Part shown: positions 33,513-36,256 of the stretch, in pieces
Position numbering within the stretch: position 1 is the first letter of the stretch
How the letters are laid out: the number at the start of each line of letters is the position of its first letter
Assembly (NCBI GenBank): GCA_938030915.1
Contig: CALHIO010000011.1
Location: 1-36,256 of the forward strand
Direction of reading: 5' to 3'
Source: an uncultured Gemmatimonadota bacterium
GTDB taxonomy: Bacteria > Gemmatimonadota > Gemmatimonadetes > Longimicrobiales > Gaopeijiaceae
Length of the DNA stretch: 36,256 nt
Translations under genes and position numbers: made by a program
Notes under the pieces: model-generated
The model's input: the letters and a program-made list of their open reading frames with translations, nothing else
Database searches by the model: none
Told to the model about the DNA's origin: nothing

Positions 33513-34925
33513 ATGAGGATTCGCCCGTCTCTCGTCATCCTCGCGATCGCCTGCTCGGCGGCGGCGTGCTCGACAGCGGAGTCGTACGACGTGGTCATCG
33601 CGAACGGCCGGGTCATGGATCCGGAAACCGGATTTTTCGAGACCGCGAACGTGGGTGTCCGTGACGGGGTCGTCGCCATCATCTCCGGCGAAGTTCTGGA
33701 CGGGGTCCGGGTGATCGATGCGTCCGGTCACGTGGTGGCACCCGGCTTCGTCGACCTCCACGAGCATGGCCAGAACGAAGAATCATACGCGCTTATGGTG
33801 CGCGACGGTGTCACGACCGCGCTCGAGCTGGAAGTCGGGACGAGTGACATCGACCGGTGGTACGCGGAACGCGACGGCGGGCAGATCGTGAACCACGGGG
33901 TGAGCATCGGACACGTCCAGGTCCGCATGGACGTCATGGACGACCCGGGTACGGGCCTCGTTCCCGCGGGCATCGGCGGGTATGGATCCGCAACCCCCGA
34001 GCAACTCGACGAGATCGAACGTCTCGTTCGACTCGGACTGGATCAGGGTGCGCTGGCCGTCGGCTTCGGAAGTGCCTACACACCCGGCGCCGATATGCGG
34101 GAGATCCAGCGGCTCTTCGCCACCGGAGCCGAGTACGGGGCCCCTTCTCACATCCACATGCGAGGCGGGCTCGCCGGCCTTGATTCGACCCTGACGGCCG
34201 CCCGCGTCGAGAACGCCCCTCTGCATATCGTGCACGTCAACTCCAGCTCGGGCGCAGCGATCGAGGACTTCCTTTCCGCCATCGAGAGCGCGCAGGCGAC
34301 CGGCCAGGACGTCACGACCGAGACCTACCCGTACGGCGCCGGCATGACCGAGATCACGTCGGCGCTGTTCGATGACTGGGCGTCGTGGGATGACGACCGC
34401 TTCGCGATGCACCAACTGGTCTCAACGGGCGAGAGACTCGACCGGGCGTCGTTTCAGGCTGCGCGAGAATCCGGAGGGCTGGTGATCATTCACGGCCGCA
34501 CGGAAGAGATGACCCGCACAGCCGTGGCGAGCCCGATCACCATGATCGCGAGTGACGGCGGGATGGAGAACGGTCGCGGGCACCCACGCACTTCGGGGAG
34601 CTACGCCAAGGTCCTGGGTCGTTACGTCCGCGACGAGGGCCTGCTCACTCTCGAGGAGGCGGTCGCGAAGATGACGATCATGCCCGCTCGGCGGCTCGAG
34701 GCCCGAGCCCCTATGCTGGCGCGTAAAGGGCGTCTCCAAGTCGGAATGGACGCAGATATCACGGTCTTCGACCCCGGGACCGTTCTGGACCGGTCGACGT
34801 ACATGGACGCAACCATCCCGTCATCGGGTATTCCGTTCGTGCTCGTGAACGGTGCGATCGTGGTGGACGACGGCCAGCTAACGACCGCTCGGCCCGGGCG
34901 GGCAGTTCGAGCCCTCACCCGCTAG
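33513..34925 (+). CDS. Amidohydrolase-superfamily N-acyl-D-amino-acid deacylase (D-aminoacylase-like) lipoprotein
   Basis: An ATG at 33513 is preceded by AGGAGAGGAG. Lipobox LAIACSAAAC. Blocks: YDVVIANGRVMDPETG, ASGHVVAPGFVDLHEHG and, later, MIASDGG. Confidence 0.85.
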   Translation: MRIRPSLVILAIACSAAACSTAESYDVVIANGRVMDPETGFFETANVGVRDGVVAIISGEVLDGVRVIDASGHVVAPGFVDLHEHGQNEESYALMVRDGVTTALELEVGTSDIDRWYAERDGGQIVNHGVSIGHVQVRMDVMDDPGTGLVPAGIGGYGSATPEQLDEIERLVRLGLDQGALAVGFGSAYTPGADMREIQRLFATGAEYGAPSHIHMRGGLAGLDSTLTAARVENAPLHIVHVNSSSGAAIEDFLSAIESAQATGQDVTTETYPYGAGMTEITSALFDDWASWDDDRFAMHQLVSTGERLDRASFQAARESGGLVIIHGRTEEMTRTAVASPITMIASDGGMENGRGHPRTSGSYAKVLGRYVRDEGLLTLEEAVAKMTIMPARRLEARAPMLARKGRLQVGMDADITVFDPGTVLDRSTYMDATIPSSGIPFVLVNGAIVVDDGQLTTARPGRAVRALTR

Positions 34926-35061
34926 TCCGGCACAGCCATCCGTCGCGGCCGAGCGGGCGCCGGGCGCCTGAAGCCGGATTGCCCTGCGAAAGGTAGCTCC
35001 GCACTTTGGCGCGCCCTCCACGGTCACCGGCCACACCTCCACCGACAGCCCTTTTGTGCGC

Positions 35062-36256
35062 ATGTCTCGATCCACGCTCATCCAGCGTCTTCTCCTCACC
35101 CCCCTTGCGATCGTCCTGGTCACGGCGACTTCGACCCCGACGCGCGTGCACGCACAGCTCGATCTGGAAGCACTCCAGGACGAGGCGGTCACGTGGCTGC
35201 AGGAATACATCCGCATCAACACGATCAACCCGCCCGGTAACGAGACGGCGGGCGCGGAGTTCTTCGCCAGAATCTTCGAGGCAGAGGGGATCGAGTACGA
35301 GATGGCCGAGTCCGCCCCGGGGCGCGGCAACATCTGGGCGCGCCTCCAAGGCGGCGACGAACCCGGAATCGTGCTTCTGCATCATATCGATGTGGTGCCG
35401 GCGGACGAGCGCTTCTGGACTACCGACCCGCTTTCCGGCGACTTGCGGGACGGGTACGTGTACGGGCGCGGAGCACTGGACACGAAGACGAGTGGAATCC
35501 TTCACCTCGCGACCTTCCTCGCGCTGGCCCGCACGGAAACGCCACTGAATCGGGACGTCATCTTCATGGCCACCGCTGACGAGGAGGCGGGCGGATTCTT
35601 CGGCGCCGGCTGGCTCGTCGAGAATCGGCCAGAACTGTTCGACAATGTCGGCTTCCTTCTCAACGAGGGCGGTGGGGGATCCGACGTGGATGGAACCGTG
35701 AACTTCGGCCTCGAAGTCACGCAGAAGGTGCCATACTGGCTGCGGCTGACTGCCACGGGTGAGCCCGGCCACGGATCGCGACCGCTGGTCAGCTACGCCT
35801 CGACGGAGATGATCGCGGCGCTGGAACGCTTTCGACTCCATCAGTTCGAGGCACGGGTCATCCCGGCTGTGGACGTCCATCTCAGTGGAATCGCAGACCG
35901 TCACCCCGAGCCATGGCGCAGCCGATTCACCGACATGGCAGCCCATGTCGGTGATCCCGCTGTGATGACGGAGTTCCAGATGTATGACCCCGGACTGCAT
36001 GCCCTCACCCGCAACACCTGCTCGATCACACGATTCGAAGGCAGCAACAAGATCAACGTCGTGTCACCCGAGGTCGCCGCGGAGATCGACTGCCGGCTGC
36101 TACCGGATCAGGATCCGGACGCATGGCTCGCGGAGGTACGGGCGGTGCTTGGTTCGGAGATCGAGGTCGAGGTGCTGATGGGCTTCACACCTGCGGTTTC
36201 GTCCATCGATACGGATCTGTACCGCGCGGTTCGGGACGTCACACTCGAGGAGTTTC
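35062..36256 (+). CDS. Exported M20/M25/M40-family peptidase; C-terminus outside the window
   Basis: Own translation from the ATG at 35062: MSRSTLIQRLLLTPLAIVLVTATSTPTRVHAQ..., LQEYIRINTINPPGNE, IVLLHHIDVVPA, GRGALDTKTSG, ATADEEAGG, LNEGGG and GEPGHGS. The frame is open to the window end, so it is absent from the ORF track. The listed 361-aa minus-strand ORF 34915..36000 is its antisense shadow. Confidence 0.85.
   Translation, partial: MSRSTLIQRLLLTPLAIVLVTATSTPTRVHAQLDLEALQDEAVTWLQEYIRINTINPPGNETAGAEFFARIFEAEGIEYEMAESAPGRGNIWARLQGGDEPGIVLLHHIDVVPADERFWTTDPLSGDLRDGYVYGRGALDTKTSGILHLATFLALARTETPLNRDVIFMATADEEAGGFFGAGWLVENRPELFDNVGFLLNEGGGGSDVDGTVNFGLEVTQKVPYWLRLTATGEPGHGSRPLVSYASTEMIAALERFRLHQFEARVIPAVDVHLSGIADRHPEPWRSRFTDMAAHVGDPAVMTEFQMYDPGLHALTRNTCSITRFEGSNKINVVSPEVAAEIDCRLLPDQDPDAWLAEVRAVLGSEIEVEVLMGFTPAVSSIDTDLYRAVRDVTLEEF

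Noticed and set aside
34915-36000. 361-aa minus-strand ORF, one of the longest in the track
   Set aside because: It is antisense to a plus-strand frame that translates into an unmistakable M20 peptidase with a signal peptide. The minus-strand product is Arg/Gly/Asp-rich with no motifs. This is a typical high-GC shadow ORF.
1-36256. Search for mobile elements, CRISPR arrays, rRNA/tRNA genes, prophage or defence-system genes
   Set aside because: No transposase, integrase, recombinase, reverse transcriptase, nuclease-helicase pairs, repeat-spacer arrays or terminal inverted repeats were seen on either strand. Composition looks uniform apart from short AT-rich promoter or operator patches. The window appears to be ordinary chromosomal DNA.

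Overview
This is a GC-rich bacterial chromosomal segment with a strong G/C bias at third codon positions. It is densely packed with about 37 protein-coding genes. Two of these run off the window edges and are missing from the supplied ORF track; I recovered them by hand translation.

By eye I found no rRNA, tRNA, CRISPR array, transposase, integrase, phage or recognisable defence genes. The domain repertoire is CarboxypepD_reg plus plug-like proteins, a PSCyt1 cytochrome, a fused cytochrome b/c and many exported peptidases. It suggests a Gemmatimonadota-like or similar lineage, but this is inference only.

Gene content from left to right:
- A solute-binding lipoprotein and a giant exported PIG-L deacetylase.
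- A BMP-family (nucleoside-type) ABC transporter operon.
- An NSS-family sodium symporter.
- A TetR regulator, a CarboxypepD_reg/plug-like protein and a DUF1499 protein.
- A marR-arsM-PD40 cluster.
- An M23 peptidase.
- An unannotated 49-aa RHH mini-ORF.
- A four-gene cluster: HTH/zinc-ribbon protein, RDD protein, CcdA and DsbA-like protein.
- An alpha/beta hydrolase, an 83-aa protein, a PduO-type adenosyltransferase and an HD-like protein.
- A second CarboxypepD_reg/plug-like paralogue.
- A ferredoxin, an M20 peptidase, a stand-alone plug-like lipoprotein, a LiaF-like protein, a dienelactone hydrolase and CysK.
- A PSCyt1 monohaem protein convergent with a two-gene Rieske plus fused cytochrome b/subunit IV/dihaem-c complex.
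- An exported M1 peptidase, a D-aminoacylase and an M20 peptidase.

Many long ORFs in the track are antisense or out-of-frame shadows typical of high-GC DNA. Several true genes start well inside the listed ORFs.

I see no clear-cut novel multi-gene system such as a defence island. The best candidates for undescribed biology are:
- A cysteine-rich MarR-type regulator paired with arsM, with a shared AT-rich operator.
- A barrel-less TonB-plug-like domain family present three times.
- A membrane-tethered HTH/zinc-ribbon protein plus a split RDD protein coupled to CcdA/DsbA.
- An orphan RHH ORF with a perfect palindrome upstream.
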